Notes under the pieces: model-generated
The model's input: only the letters and a program-made list of their open reading frames with translations
The model's database searches: none
Told to the model about the DNA's origin: nothing
Position numbers and translations under genes: made by a program
In this document: piece after piece, positions 1 through 12,770 of the stretch
How the letters are laid out: each line of letters starts with the position of its first letter
How positions within the stretch are numbered: the first letter of the stretch is position 1
Origin: Eledone cirrhosa
Taxonomy: Eukaryota
NCBI GenBank assembly: GCA_964016885.1
Contig: OZ024743.1
Coordinates: forward strand, 138,012,001 to 138,076,000
Length of the DNA: 64,000 nucleotides
Reading direction: 5' to 3'

Positions 1-2699
1 TTGGTGCTTGGTGTTTGGTGATTGGAGCTTGGTGCCTGGTGCTTGTTGTTTGGTGCCTGGTGCTTGTTGTTTGGTGTTTGGTGCTTGGTGCTTGGTGTTT
101 GGTGCTTGGTGCTTGGTGCTTGATGTTTGGTGCTTGGTGCTTGGTGTTTGGTGCTTGGTGCTTGGTGCTTGGTGCTTGGTGTTAGGTGTTTGGTGCTTGG
201 TGCTTGGTGTTTGATGTTTGGTCCTTGGTGCTTGGTGTTTGGTGTTTGGTGCTTGGTGCTTGGTGTTTGGTGTTTTGTGTTTGGAGTTTGGTGCTTGGTG
301 TTTGGTGCTTCGGGCTTGGTGCTTGGTGTTTGGTGCTTGGTGCTTGGTGTTTGGTGCTTGGTGCCTGGTGCTTGGTGTTTGGTGCTTGGTGCTTGGTGTT
401 TGGTGATTGGTGCTTGGTGTTTGGTGCTTGGTGCTTGGTGCCTGGTGCTTGGTGTTAGGTGTTTGGTGCTTGGTGCTTGGTGTTTGATGTTTGGTCCTTG
501 GTGCTTGGTGTTTGGTGTTTGGTGCTTGGTGTTTGGTGTTTGGTGTTTGGTGCTTGGTGCTTGGTGTTTGGTGCTTGCTGCCTGCTGCATGGGTTTTGGT
601 GCTTGGTGATTGGTGCTTGGTGTTTTGCGCTTGGTGCTTGGTGTTTGGTGTTTGGTGTTTGGTGCTTGGTGCTTGGTGCTTGGTGCTTGGTGTTTGGTGC
701 TGCGTGCTTGGTGTTTGGTGTCTGGAGTTTGGTGCTTGGTGCTTGGTGCCTGGTGTTTCGTGCTTGGTGCTTGGTGCTTGGTGTTTGGTGTTTGGTGCTT
801 GGTGTTTGGTGCTTGGTGCCTGGTGCTTGGTGTTTGGTGCTTGGAGCTTGGTGTTTGGTGATTGGTGCTTGGTGTTTGGTGATTGGTGCTTGATGCTTGG
901 TTCTTGGCGTTAGGTGTTTGGTGCTTGGTGCTTGGTGTTTGATGTTTGGTCCTTGGTGCTTGGTGTTTGGTGCTTGCTGCTTGCTGCTTGGTGTTTGGTG
1001 CTTGGTGTTTTGTGCTTGATGCTTGGTGTTTGTTGTTTGGTGCTAGGGGCTTAGTGCTTGGTGCTTGGTGTTTGGTGCTTGGTGCTTGCTGTTTGGTGTT
1101 TGGTGCTTGGTGCGTGGGACTTAGTGTTTGGTGTTTGGTGCTTGGTGTTTGGTGCTTGGTGTTTGGGGCTTGGTGTTCGGTGCTTGGTGCCTGGTGCTTG
1201 GGGCTTGGTGTTTGGTGTTTGGTGCTTGGTGCTTGGTGTTTGATGTTGGGTCCTTGGTGCTTGGTGCTTGGTGTTTGGTGCTTGGTGTTTGGTGCTTGGT
1301 GCTTGATGTTTGGTGTTTGGTTCTTGGTGCTTGGTGTTTGGTGTTTGGTGTTTGGTGCTTGGTGCTTGGTGCTTGGTGTTTGGTGCTTGGTGCATGGTGC
1401 TTGGTGCTGCGTGCTTGGTGTTTGGTGTTTGGTGCTTGGTGCCTGGTGCTTGTTGTTTGGTGTTTGGTGCTTAATGCTTGGTGTTTGGTGCTTGGTGCTT
1501 GGTGATTGGTTTTTGGTGCTTGGTGCTTGGTGCTTGGTATCTGGTGTTTGGTGCTTGATGTTTGGTGTTTGGTGCTTGCTGCTTGGCGCTTGGTGTTTGG
1601 TGTTTGGTGCTTGGTGCTTGGTGTTTGGTGCTTGGTGTTTGTTGTTTTGTGTTTGGTGTTTGGTGCTTGGTACCTGGTGCTTGGTGCTTGGTGCTTGTTG
1701 TTTGGTGCTTGGTGCTTGGTGATTAGTGTTTGGTGCTTGGTGCTTGCGGTTTGGTGTTTGGTGCTTGGGATTTGGTGTTTGCTGCTTGGTGCTTGGTGTT
1801 TGGTGCTTTGTGCTTGGTGCTTGGTGTTTGGTGCTTGGTGCTTGGAGTTTGGTGCTTGGTGCTTGGTGTTTGGTGTTTGGCATTTGCTGTTTGCTGTTTG
1901 CTTTTTGGTGTTTGCTGTTTGCTGTTTGCTGTTTGGTGTTTGCTGTTTGGTGCTTGATGTTTGGTGCTTGGTGCTTGGCGTTTGGTGTTTGGTGTTTGGT
2001 GCTTGGTGCTTGGTGTTTGGTGCTTGGTGCTTGGTGCTGGGTGTTTGGTGCTTGGTGCTTGGTGTTTGGTGCTTGGTGCGTGTTGCTTGGTGTTTGGTCC
2101 TTGGTGCTTGGTGCTTGGGTTTTGGTGTTTGGTGCTTGCTGTTTGGTGCTTGCTCTTTGGTGCTTGGTGCTTGGTGATTCGTGTTTGGTGATTGGTGCTT
2201 GGGGTTTGGTGTTTGGTGCTTGGTGTTTGGTGCTTGGTGCTTGCTGTTTGGTGTTTGGTGTTTGGTTTTGGTGCTTGGTGTTTGATGTTTGGTGTTTGGT
2301 GCTTGGTGCTTGGTGTTTGGTGCTGCGTGCTTGGTGTTTGGTGTTTGGTGCTTGGTGCCTGGTGCTTGTTGTTTGGTGTTTGGTGCTTAGTGCTTGGTGT
2401 TTGGTGTTTGGTGCTTGGTGGCTGTTGCTTGGTGCTTGGTGTTTCGTGCTTGCGGCTTGGTGCTTGGTGTTTGGTGTTTGGTGCTTGGTGTTTGGTGTGT
2501 GGTACTTGGTGCTTGGTGCTTGGTGCTTGGTGTTTGGTGCTTGGTGTTTGATGCTGCGTGCTTGATGTTTGGTGTTTGGTGCTTGGTACTTGGTGCTTGG
2601 TGTTTGGTGTTTGGTGCTTGGTGCTTGGTGTTTGCTGCTTGGTGTTTGGTGTTTGGTGTTTGATGCTTGGTGTTTGCTGCTTGGTGCTTGGTGCTTGGT

Positions 2700-5600
2700 G
2701 TTTTGTGTTTGGTGCTTGGTACTTGGTGATTAGTGTTTGGTGCTTGGTGCTTGCGGTTTGGTGTTTGGTGCTTGGGGTTTGGTGTTTGGTGCTTGGTGCT
2801 TGCTGCTTGGTGCTTGGTGTTTGGTGCTTGGTGCTTGGTGTTTGGTGTTTGGTGCTTGGGGTTTGGTGTTTGGTGCTTGGTGCTTGGAGTTTGGTGCTTG
2901 GTGCTTGGTGTTTGGAGTTTGGTGCTTGGTGCTTGGTGCCTGGTGCTTGTTGTTTGGTGTTTGGTGCTTAGTGGTTGGTGTTTGGTGTTTGGTGCTTGGT
3001 GCTTGGTGGCTGGTGTTTGGTGCTTGGTGTTTGGAGTTTGGTGTTTGGTGCTTGGTGCCTGGTGTTTCGTGCTTGGTGCTTGGTGCTTGGTGTCTGGTGT
3101 TTGGTGCTTGGTGTTTGGTGTTTGGTACTTGGTGCTTGGTGCTTGGTGCTTGGTGTTTGGTGCTTGGTGTTTGATGCTGCGTGCTTGGTGTTTGGTGTTT
3201 GGTGCTTGGTGCTTGGTGTTTGGTATTTGGAGCTTGGTGCCTGGTGCTTGTTGTTTGGTGTTTTGTGCTTGGTGCTTGGTGTTTGGTGTTTGGCGTTTGG
3301 TGCTTGGTGCTTGGTATCTCGTTTTTGGTGCTTGATGTTTGGTGTTTGGTGCTTGGTGCTTGGTGCTTGGTGTTTGGTGTTTGGTGCTTGGTGCTTGGTG
3401 TTTGGTGCTTGGTGTTTGGTGTTTCGTGTTTGATGCTTGGTGTTTGCTGCTTGGTGCTTGGTGCTTGGTGTTTTGTGTTTGGTGCTTGGTGCTTGGTGCC
3501 TGCTGCTTGGTGCTTGGTGCTTGTTGTTTGGTGCTTGGTGCTTGGTGATTAGTGTTTGGTGCTTGGTGCTTGCGGTTTGGTGTTTGGTGCTTGGGGTTTG
3601 GTATTTGGTGCTTGGTGCTTGGTGTTTGGTGCTTGGTGCTTGGTGCTTGGTGTTTGGTGCTTGGTGCTTGGTGTTTGGTGCTTGGTGCTTGGTGTTTGGT
3701 GTTTGGCGTTTGCTGTTTGGTGTTTGGTGTTTGGTGCTTGCTGTTTGGTGCTTGGTGCTTGGTGTTTGGTGTTTGGTGTTTGGTGCTTGGTGCTTGGTGT
3801 TTGGTGCTTGGTGCTTGGTGCTGGGTGTTTGGTGCTTGGTGCTTGGTGTTTGGTGCTTGGTGCTTGGTGCCTGGTGTTTGGTCCTTGGTGCTTGGTGCTT
3901 GGTGCTTGGTGCTTGCTGTTTGGTGTTTGGTGTTTGGTTCTTGGTGCTTGGTGTTTGGTGTTTGGTGTTTGGTGCTTGGTGCTTGGTGTTTGGTGCTTGG
4001 TGCTTGGTGCTTGGTGATTAGTGTTTGGTGATTGGTGCTTGGGGTTTGGTGTTTGGTGCTTGGTGTTTGGTGCTTGGTGCTTGCTGTTTGGTGTTTGGTG
4101 TTTGGTTCTTGGTGCTTGGTGTTTGGTGTTTGGTGTTTGGTGCTTGGTGCTTGGTGCTTGGTGTTTGGTGCTTGGTGCTTGGTGCTTGGTGTTTGGTGCT
4201 GCGTGCTTGGTGTTTGGTGTTTGGTGCTTGGTGCCTGGGGCTTGTTGTTTGGTGTTTGGTGCTTAGTGCTTGGTGTTTGGTGTTTGGTGCTTGGTGCTTG
4301 GTGGCTGGTGCTTGGTGCTTGGTGTTTGGAGTTTGGTGCTTGGTGCTTGGTGCCTGGTGTTTCGTGCTTGGTGCTTGGTGCTTGGTGCTTGGTGTTAGGT
4401 GTTTGGTCCTTGGTGCTTGTTGTTTGGTGTTTTGTGCTTGGTGCTTGGCGTTTGGTGTTTGGCGCTAGGGGCTTGGTGCTTGATGCTTGGTGTTTGGTGC
4501 TTGGTGCTTGCTGTTTGGTGTTTGGTGCTTGGTGCGTGGGACTTAGTGTTTGGTGTTTGGTGTTTGGTGTTTGGTGCTTGGTGTTTGGTGCTTGGTGCTT
4601 GGTGTTTGGTGTTTGGTGCTTAGTGCTTGGGGCTTGGTGTTTGGTGCTTGGTGTTTGGTGTTTGGTGCTTGGTGCTTGGTGTTTGGCGCTTGGTGCTTGG
4701 TGCTTTGTGTTTGGTGCTTGGTGCTTGGTGCTTGGTGCTTGGTGATTAGTGTTTGGTGCTTGGTGCTTGGTGCCTGGTGCTTTGTGCTTGGTGCTTGTTG
4801 TTTGGTGCTTGGTGTTTGGTGCTTGGTGTTTGGTGCTTGGTGCTTGGTGTTTGGTGTTTGGTGCTTGGTGCTTGGGGCTTGGTCTTTGGTGCTTAGTGTT
4901 TGGTGCTTGGTGTTTGGTGCTTGGTGCTTGGTGCTTGGTGTTTGGTGTTTGGTGTTTGGTGCTTGGTGTTTGGTGCTTGGTGCTTGGTGCTGGGTGGTTG
5001 GTGTTTGGTGTTTGGTGCTTGGTGCTTCGTGCTTATTGTTTGGTGCTTGGTGCTTGGTGCTTGGTGCTTGGTCTTTGGTGCTTGGTGTTTGGTGGCTGGT
5101 GTTTGGTGCTTGGTGTTTGGAGTTTGGTGTTTGGTGCTTGGTGCCTGGTGCTTGGTGCTTGGTGCTTGATGTTTGGTGCTTGGTGCTTGGTGATTAGTGT
5201 TTGGTGCTTGGTGCTTTGGGTTTGGTGTTTGGTGCTTGGGGTTTGGTGTTTGGTGCTTGGTGCTTGGTGTTTGGTGCTTGGTGCTTGGTGTTTGGTGCTT
5301 GGTGCTTTGTGTTTGGTGCTTGGTGTTTGGTGCTTGGTGCTTGGTGCTTGGTTCTTGGTGTTAGGTGTTTGGGGCTTGGTGATTGGTGTTTGATGTTAGG
5401 TTCTTGGTGCTTGGTGTTTGGTGCTTGCTGCTTGGTGCTTGGTGTTTTGTGTTTGGAGTTTGGTGCTTGGTGTTTGGTGCTTCGGTCTTGGTGTTTGGTG
5501 TTTGGTGCTTGGTGCCTGGGGCTTGTTGTTTGGTGTTTGGTGCTTAGTGCTTGGTGTTTGGTGTTTGGTGCTTGGTGCTTGGTGGCTGGTGCTTGGTGCT

Positions 5601-8600
5601 TGGTGTTTGCAGTTTGGTGCTTGGTGCTTGGTGCCTGGTGTTTCGTGCTTGGTGCTTGGTGCTTGGTGTTTGGTGTTTGGTGCTTGGTGTTTGGTGTTTG
5701 GTACTTGGTGCTTGGTGCTTGGTGTTTGGTGCTTGGTGTTTGGTGCTTGGTGCTTGGTGCTTCGTGCTTGGTGTCAGGTGTTTGGTGCTTGGTGCTTGGT
5801 GTTTGATGTTTGGTGCTTGCTGCTTGCTGCTTGGTGTTTGGTGCTTGGTGATTGGTGCTTGGTGTTTTGTGCTTGGTGCTTGGTGTTTGGTGTTTGCTGC
5901 TAGGGGCTTGGTGCTTGATGCTTGGTGTTTGGTGCTTGGTGCTTGCTGTTTGGTGTTTGGTGCTTGGTGCGTGGGACTTAGTGTTTGGTGTTTGGTGCTT
6001 GGTGTTTGGTGCTTGGTGTTTGGTGCTTGGTGCTTGGTGTTTGGTGTTTGGTGCTTGGTGCTTGGGGCTTGGTCTTTGGTGCTTAGTGTTTGGTGCTTGG
6101 TGTTTGGTGCTTGGTGCTTGGTGCTTGGTGTTTGGTGTTTGGTGTTTGGTGCTTGGTGTTTGGTGCTTGTTGCTTGGTGCTGGGTGGTTGGTGTTTGGTG
6201 TTTGGTGCTTGGTGCTTGGTGCTTATTGTTTGGTGCTTGGTGCTTGGTGCTTGGTGCTTGGTCTTTGGTGCTTGGTGTTTGGTGTTTGGTGCTTGGTGCC
6301 TGGTGTTTGGCGCTTGGTGCTTGGTGCTTGGTGTTTGGTGCTTGGTGTTTGGTGCTTGGTGATTAGTGTTTGGTGCTTGGTGCTTGGTGCCTGGTGCTTG
6401 GTGCTTGGTGCTTGATGTTTGGTGCTTGGTGCTTGGTGATTAGTGTTTGGTGCTTGGTGCTTTGGGTTTGGTGTTTGGTGCTTGGGGTTTGGTGTTTGGT
6501 GCTTGGTGCTTGGTGTTTGGTGCTTGGTGCTTGGTGTTTGGTGCTTGGTGCTTTGTGTTTGGTGCTTGGTGTTTGGTGCTTGGTGCTTGGTGCTTGGTGC
6601 TTGGTGTTAGGTGTTTGGTGCTTGATGATTGGTGTTTGATGTTAGGTTCTTGGTGCTTGGTGTTTGGTGCTTGGTGCTTGGTGCTTGGTGTTTGGTGTTT
6701 GGTGCTTGCTGCTTGGTGCTTGGTGTTTTGTGTTTGGATTTTGGTGCTTGGTGTTTGGTGCTTCGGTCTTGGTGTTTGGTGTTTGGTGCTTGGTGCTTGG
6801 TGTTTGGTGTTTGGTGCCTGGTGCTTGGTGTTCGGTGCTTGGTGTTTGGTGTTTGGTGATTGGTTCTTGGTGTTTGGTGCTTGGTGCTTGGTGCTTGGTG
6901 CTTGGTGTTAGGCGTTTGGTGCTTGGTGCTTGGTGTTTGATGTTTGGTCCATTGTGCTTGGTGTTTGGTATTTTGTGCTTGGTACTTGGTGTTTGGTGTT
7001 TGGTGCTTGGTGCTTGGTGTTTGGTGTTTGGTGCTTGCTGCTTGCTGCTTGGTGTTTGGTGCTAGGGGCTTGGTGCTTGGTGTTTCGTGTTTGGTGCTTG
7101 GTGTTTGGTGTTTGGTGTTTGGTGCTTGGTGCGTGGGACTTGGTCTTTGGTGCTTGGTGTTTGGTGCTTGGTGTTTGGTGCTTGGTGCCGGGTGCTTGGT
7201 GTTTGGTGTTTGGTGCTTGGTGTTTGGTGCTTGTTGTTTGGTGCTTGGTGTTCGGTGCTTGGTGCTTGGTGCTTGGTGCTTGGTGTTTGGTGTTTGGTGC
7301 TTGGTGATTGGTGTTTGATGTTTGGTCCTTGGTGCTTGGTGTTTGGTGTTGTGTGCTTGGTGATTGGTGCTTGGTGTTTGGTGCTTGGTTCTTGGTGCTT
7401 GGTGTTTGGCGTTTGCTGTTTGCTGTTTGGTGGTTGGTGTTTGCTGTTTGGTGTTTGCTGTTTGGTGTTGGGTGTTTGGTGCTTTGTGTTTGGTGCTTGG
7501 TGCTTGGTGCTGGGTGTTTGGTGCTTGGTGCTTGGTGTTTGGTGCTTGGTGCTTGGTGGTTGGTGTTTGGTCCTTGGTGCTTGGTGCTTGGTCTTTGGTG
7601 CTTGGGTTTTGGTCTTTGTTGCTTGGTGCTTGGTGTTTGGTGCTTGGTGCTTGGTGCTTGGTGTTTGGTGCTTGGTGCTTGGTGATTAGTGTTTGGTGAT
7701 TGGTGCTTGGGGTTTGGTGTTTAGGGCTTTGTGTTTGGTGCTTGGTGCTTGCTGTTTGGTGTTTGGTGCTGGGTGTTAGGTGCTTGGTGCTTGGTGTTTG
7801 GTGCTTGGTGCTTGGTGCTTGGTGCTTGGTGTTTGGTGCTTGGTGCTTGGTGCTTGGTGCTTGCTGTTTGGTGTTTGGTGTTTGGTTCTTGGTGCTTGGT
7901 GTTTGGTGTTTGGTGTTTGGTGCTTGGTGCTTGGTGCTTGGTGTTTGGTGCTTGGGGTTTGGTGTTTGGTGCTTGGTGTTTGGTGCTTGGTGCTTGCTGT
8001 TTGGTGTTTGGTGTTTAGTTCTTGGTGTTTGGTGTTTGGTATTTGGTGTTTGGTGCTTGGTGCTTGGTGCTTGGTGTTTGGTGCTTGGTGCTTGGTGCTT
8101 GGTGTTTTGTGTTTGGTGCTTGGTACTTGGTGATTAGTGTTTGGTGCTTGGTGTTTGGCGCTTGGTGCTTGGTGCTTGGTGTTTTGTGTTTGGTGTTTGG
8201 TGCTTGGGGTTTGGTGTTTGGTGCTTGGTGCTTGCTGCTTGGTGCTTGGTGTTTGGTGCTTGGTGCTTGGTGTTTGGTGTTTGGTGCTTGGGGTTTGGTG
8301 TTTGGTGCTTGGTGCTTGGAGTTTGGTGCTTGGTGCTTGGTGTTTGGAGTTTGGTGCTTGGTGCTTGGTGCCTGGTGCTTGTTGTTTGGTGTTTGGTGCT
8401 TAGTGGTTGGTGTTTGGTGTTTGGTGCTTGGTGTTTGGTGGCTGGTGTTTGGTGCTTGGTGTTTGGAGTTTGGTGTTTGGTGCTTGGTGCCTGGTGTTTC
8501 GTGCTTGGTGCTTGGTGCTTGGTGTCTGGTGTTTGGTGCTTGGTGCTTGGTGTTTGGTGTTTGGTGCTTGGGGTTTGGTGTTTGGTGCTTGGTGCTTGGA

Positions 8601-11600
8601 GTTTGGTGCTTGGTGCTTGGTGTTTGGAGTTTGGTGCTTGGTGCTTGCTGCCTGGTGCTTGTTGTTTGGTGTTTGGTGCTTAGTGGTTGGTGTTTGGTGT
8701 TTGGTGCTTGGTGCTTGGTGGCTGGTGTTTGGTGCTTGGTGTTTGGAGTTTGGTGTTTGGTGCTTGGTGCCTGGTGTTTCGTGCTTGGTGCTTGGTGCTT
8801 GGTGTCTGGTGTTTGGTGCTTGGTGTTTGGTGTTTGGTACTTGGTGCTTGGTGCTTGGTGCTTGGTGTTTGGTGCTTGGTGTTTGATGCTGCGTGCTTGG
8901 TGTTTGGTGTTTGGTGCTTGGTGCTTGGTGTTTGGTATTTGGAGCTTGGTGCCTGGTGCTTGTTGTTTGGTGTTTGGTGCTTGGTGCTTGGTGTTTGGTG
9001 TTTGGCGTTTGGTGCTTGGTGCTTGGTATCTGGTGTTTGGTGCTTGATGTTTGGTGTTTGGTGCTTGGTGCTTGGTGTTTGGTGTTTGGTGCTTGGTGCT
9101 TGGTGTTTGGTGCTTGGTGTTTGGTGTTTGGTGTTTGATGCTTGGTGTTTGCTGCTTGGTGCTTGGTGCTTGGTGTTTTGTGTTTGGTGCTTGGTGCTTG
9201 GTGCCTGCTGCTTGGTGCTTGGTGCTTGTTGTTTGGTGCTTGGTGCTTGGTGATTAGTGTTTGGTGCTTGGTGCTTGCGGTTTGGTGTTTGGTGCTTGGG
9301 GTTTGGTGTTTGGTGCTTGGTGCTTGGTGTTTGGTGCTTGGTGCTTGGTGCTTGGTGTTTGGTGCTTGGTGCTTGGTGTTTGGTGCTTGGTGCTTGGTGT
9401 TTGGTGTTTGGTGTTTGCTGTTTGCTGTTTGGTGTTTGGTGTTTGCTGTTTGGTGTTTGCTGTTTGGTGTTTGGTGTTTGGTGCTTGCTGTTTGGTGCTT
9501 GGTGCTTGGTGTTTGGTGTTTGGTGTTTGGTGCTTGGTGCTTGGTGTTTGGTGCTTAGTGCTTGGTGCTGGGTGTTTGGTGCTTGGTGCTTGGTGTTTGG
9601 TGCTTGGTGCTTGGTGCCTGGTGTTTGGTCCTTGGTGCTTGGTGCTTGGTGCTTGGTGCTTGCTGTTTGGTGTTTGGTGTTTGGTTCTTGGTGCTTGGTG
9701 TTTGGTGTTTGGTGTTTGGTGCCTGGTGCTTGGTGCTTGGTGTTTGGTGCTTGGTGCTTGGTGATTAGTGTTTGGTGATTGGTGCTTGGGGTTTGGTGTT
9801 TGGTGCTTGGTGTTTGGTGCTTGGTGCTTGCTGTTTGGTGTTTGGTTCTTGGTGCTTGGTGTTTGGTGTTTGGTGTTTGGTGCTTGGTGCTTGGTGCTTG
9901 GTGTTTGGTGCTTGGTGCTTGGTGCTTGGTGTTTGGTGCTGCGTGCTTGGTGTTTGGTGCTTGGTGTTTGGTGCTTGGTGCTTGGTGCTTGGTGCTTGGT
10001 GTTTGGTGATTGGTGCTTGGTGCTTGGTGCTTGGTGTTAGGTGTTTGGTCCTTGGTGCTTGTTGTTTGGTGTTTTGTGCTTGGTGCTTGGCGTTTGGTGT
10101 TTGGTGCTAGGGGCTTGGTGCTTGATGCTTGGTGTTTGGTGCTTGGTGCTTGCTGTTTGGTGTTTGGTGCTTGGTGCCTGGGGCTTGTTGTTTGGTGTTT
10201 GGTGCTTAGTGCTTGGTGTTTGGTGTTTGGTGCTTGGTGCTTGGTGGCTGGTGCTTGGTGCTTGGTGTTTGGAGTTTGGTGCTTGGTGCTTGGTGCCTGG
10301 TGTTTCGTGCTTGGTGATTGGTGCTTGGTGTTTGGTGTTTGGTGTTTGGTGTTTGGTGTTTGGTACTTGGTGCTTGGTGCTTGGTGTTTGGTGCTTGGTG
10401 TTTGGTGATTGGTGCTTGGTGCTTGGTGCTTGGTGCTTCGTGTTAGGTGTTTGGTCCTTGGTGCTTGTTGTTTGGTGTTTTGTGCTTGGTGCTTGGCGTT
10501 TGGTGTTTGGTGCTAGGGGCTTGGTGCTTGATGCTTGGTGTTTGGTGCTTGGTGCTTGCTGTTTGGTGTTTGGTGCTTGGTGCGTGGGACTTAGTGTTTG
10601 GTGTTTGGTGCTTGGTGTTTGGTGCTTGGTGTTTGGTGCTTGGTGCTTGGTGTTTGGTGTTTGGTGCTTAGTGCTTGGGGCTTGGTGTTTGGTGCTTGGT
10701 GTTTGGTGTTTGGTGCTTGGTGCTTGGTGTTTGGCGCTTGGTGCTTGGTGCTTGGTGTTTGGTGCTTGGTGCTTGGTGCTTGGTGCTTGGTGATTAGTGT
10801 TTGGTGCTTGGTGCTTGGAGCCTGGTGCTTGGTGCTTGGTGCTTGTTGTTTGGTGCTTGGTGTTTGGTGCTTGGTGCTTGGTGCTGGGTGGTTGGTGTTT
10901 GGTGTTTGGTGCTTGGTGCTTGGTGCTTATTGTTTGGTGCTTGGTGCTTGGTGCTTGGTGCTTGGTCTTTGGTGCTTGGTGTTTGGTGTTTGGTACTTGG
11001 GGCCTGGTGTTTGGCGCTTGGTGCTTGGTGCTTGGTGTTTGGTGCTTGGTGTTTGGTGCTTGGTGATTAGTGTTTGGTGCTTGGTGCTTGGTGCCTGGTG
11101 CTTGGTGCTTGGTGCTTGATGTTTGGTGCTTGGTGCTTGGTGATTAGTGTTTGGTGCTTGGTGCATTGGGTTTGGTGTTTGGTGCTTGGGGTTTGGTGTT
11201 TGGTGCTTGGTGCTTGGTGTTTGGTGCTTGGTGCTTGGTGTTTGGTGCTTGGTGCTTTGTGTTTGGTGCTTGGTGTTTGGTGCTTGGTGCTTGGTGCTTG
11301 GTTCTTGGTGTTAGGTGTTTGGTGCTTGGTGATTGGTGTTTGATGTTAGGTTCTTGGTGCTTGGTGTTTGGTGTTTGGTGCTTGGTGCTTGGTGTTTGGT
11401 GTTTGGTGCTTGCTGCTTGGTGCTTGGTGTTTTGTGTTTGCAGTTTGGTGCTTGGTGTTTGGTGCTTCGGTCTTGGTGTTTGGTGTTTGGTGCTTGGTGC
11501 CTGGGGCTTGTTGTTTGGTGTTTGGTGCTTAGTGCTTGGTGTTTGGTCTTTGGTGCTTGGTGCTTGGTGGCTGGTGCTTGGTGCTTGGTGTTTGCAGTTT

Positions 11601-12770
11601 GGTGCTTGGTGCTTGGTGCCTGGTTTTTCGTGCTTGGTGCTTGGTGCTTGGTGTTTGGTGTTTGGTGCTTGGTGTTTGGTGTTTGGTACTTGGTGCTTGG
11701 TGCTTGGTGTTTGGTGCTTGGTGTTTGGTGCTTGGTGCTTGGTGCTTGGTGCTTGGTGTTTGATGTTTGGTCCTTGGTGCTTGTTGTTTGGTGTTTGGTG
11801 CTTCGTGCTTGGTGTTTGGTGTTTGGTGCTTGCTGCTTGCTGCTTGGTGTTTGGTGCTTGGTGATTGGTGCTTGGTGTTTTGTGCTTGGTGCTTGGTGTT
11901 TGGTGTTTGCTGCTAGGGGCTTGGTGCTTGATGCTTGGTGTGTGGTGCTTGGTGCTTGCTGTTTGGTGTTTGGTGCTTGGTGCGTGGGACTTAGTGTTTG
12001 GTGTTTGGTGCTTGGTGTTTGGTGCTTGGTGTTTGGTGCTTGGTGCTTGGTGTTTGGTGTTTGGTGCTTGGTGCTTGGGGCTTGGTCTTTGGTGCTTAGT
12101 GTTTGGTGCTTGGTGTTTGGTGCTTGGTGCTTGGTGCCTGGTGTTTGGTGTTTGGTGTTTGGTGCTTGGTGTTTGGTGCTTGGTGCTTGGTGCTGGGTGG
12201 TTGGTGTTTGGTGTTTGGTGCTTGATGCTTGGTGCTTATTGTTTGGTGCTTGGTGCTTGGTGCTTGGTGCTTGGTCTTTGGTGCTTGGTGTTTGGTGTTT
12301 GGTGCTTGGTGCCTGGTGTTTGGCGCTTGGTGCTTGGTGCTTGGTGTTTGGTGCTTGGTGTTTGGTGCTTGGTGATTAGTGTTTGGTGCTTGGTGCTTGG
12401 TGCCTGGTGCTTGGTGCTTGGTGCTTGATGTTTGGTGCTTGGTGCTTGGTGATTAGTGTTTGGTGCTTGGTGCTTGGTGTTTGGTGCTTGGTGCTTGGTG
12501 TTTGGTGCTTGGTGCTTTGTGTTTGGTGCTTGGTGTTTGGTGCTTGGTGCTTGGTGCTTGGTGCTTGGTGTTAGGTGTTTGGTGCTTGATGATTGGTGTT
12601 TGATGTTAGGTTCTTGGTGATTGGTGTTTGGTGTTTGGTGCTTGGTGCTTGGTGTTTGGTGTTTGGTGCTTGCTGCTTGGTGCTTGGTGTTTTGTGTTTG
12701 GATTTTGGTGCTTGGTGTTTGGTGCTTCGGTCTTGGTGTTTGGTGTTTGGTGCTTGGTGCTTGGTGTTTG
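2700..12770 (+). repeat. Older ~5.7-6.0 kb duplication: ~2.7-6.8 kb versus ~8.1-12.8 kb
   Basis: ORF pairs 2975/8687 (5712), 3552/9257 (5705), 4550/10598 (6048), 5852/11865 (6013) and 6629/12593 (5964). Marker ttagtgg at 2968 versus 8400/8680; ttggtat-ttggagc is present in both copies. Confidence 0.8.
8245..8820 (+). repeat. Local 280-bp (40-unit) tandem duplication
   Basis: ttagtgg at 8400 and 8680, with the same following variants (ttggtgg-ctggtgt, ttggagt, ttcgtgc, ctggtgt). ORFs 8407/8687. Confidence 0.85.
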
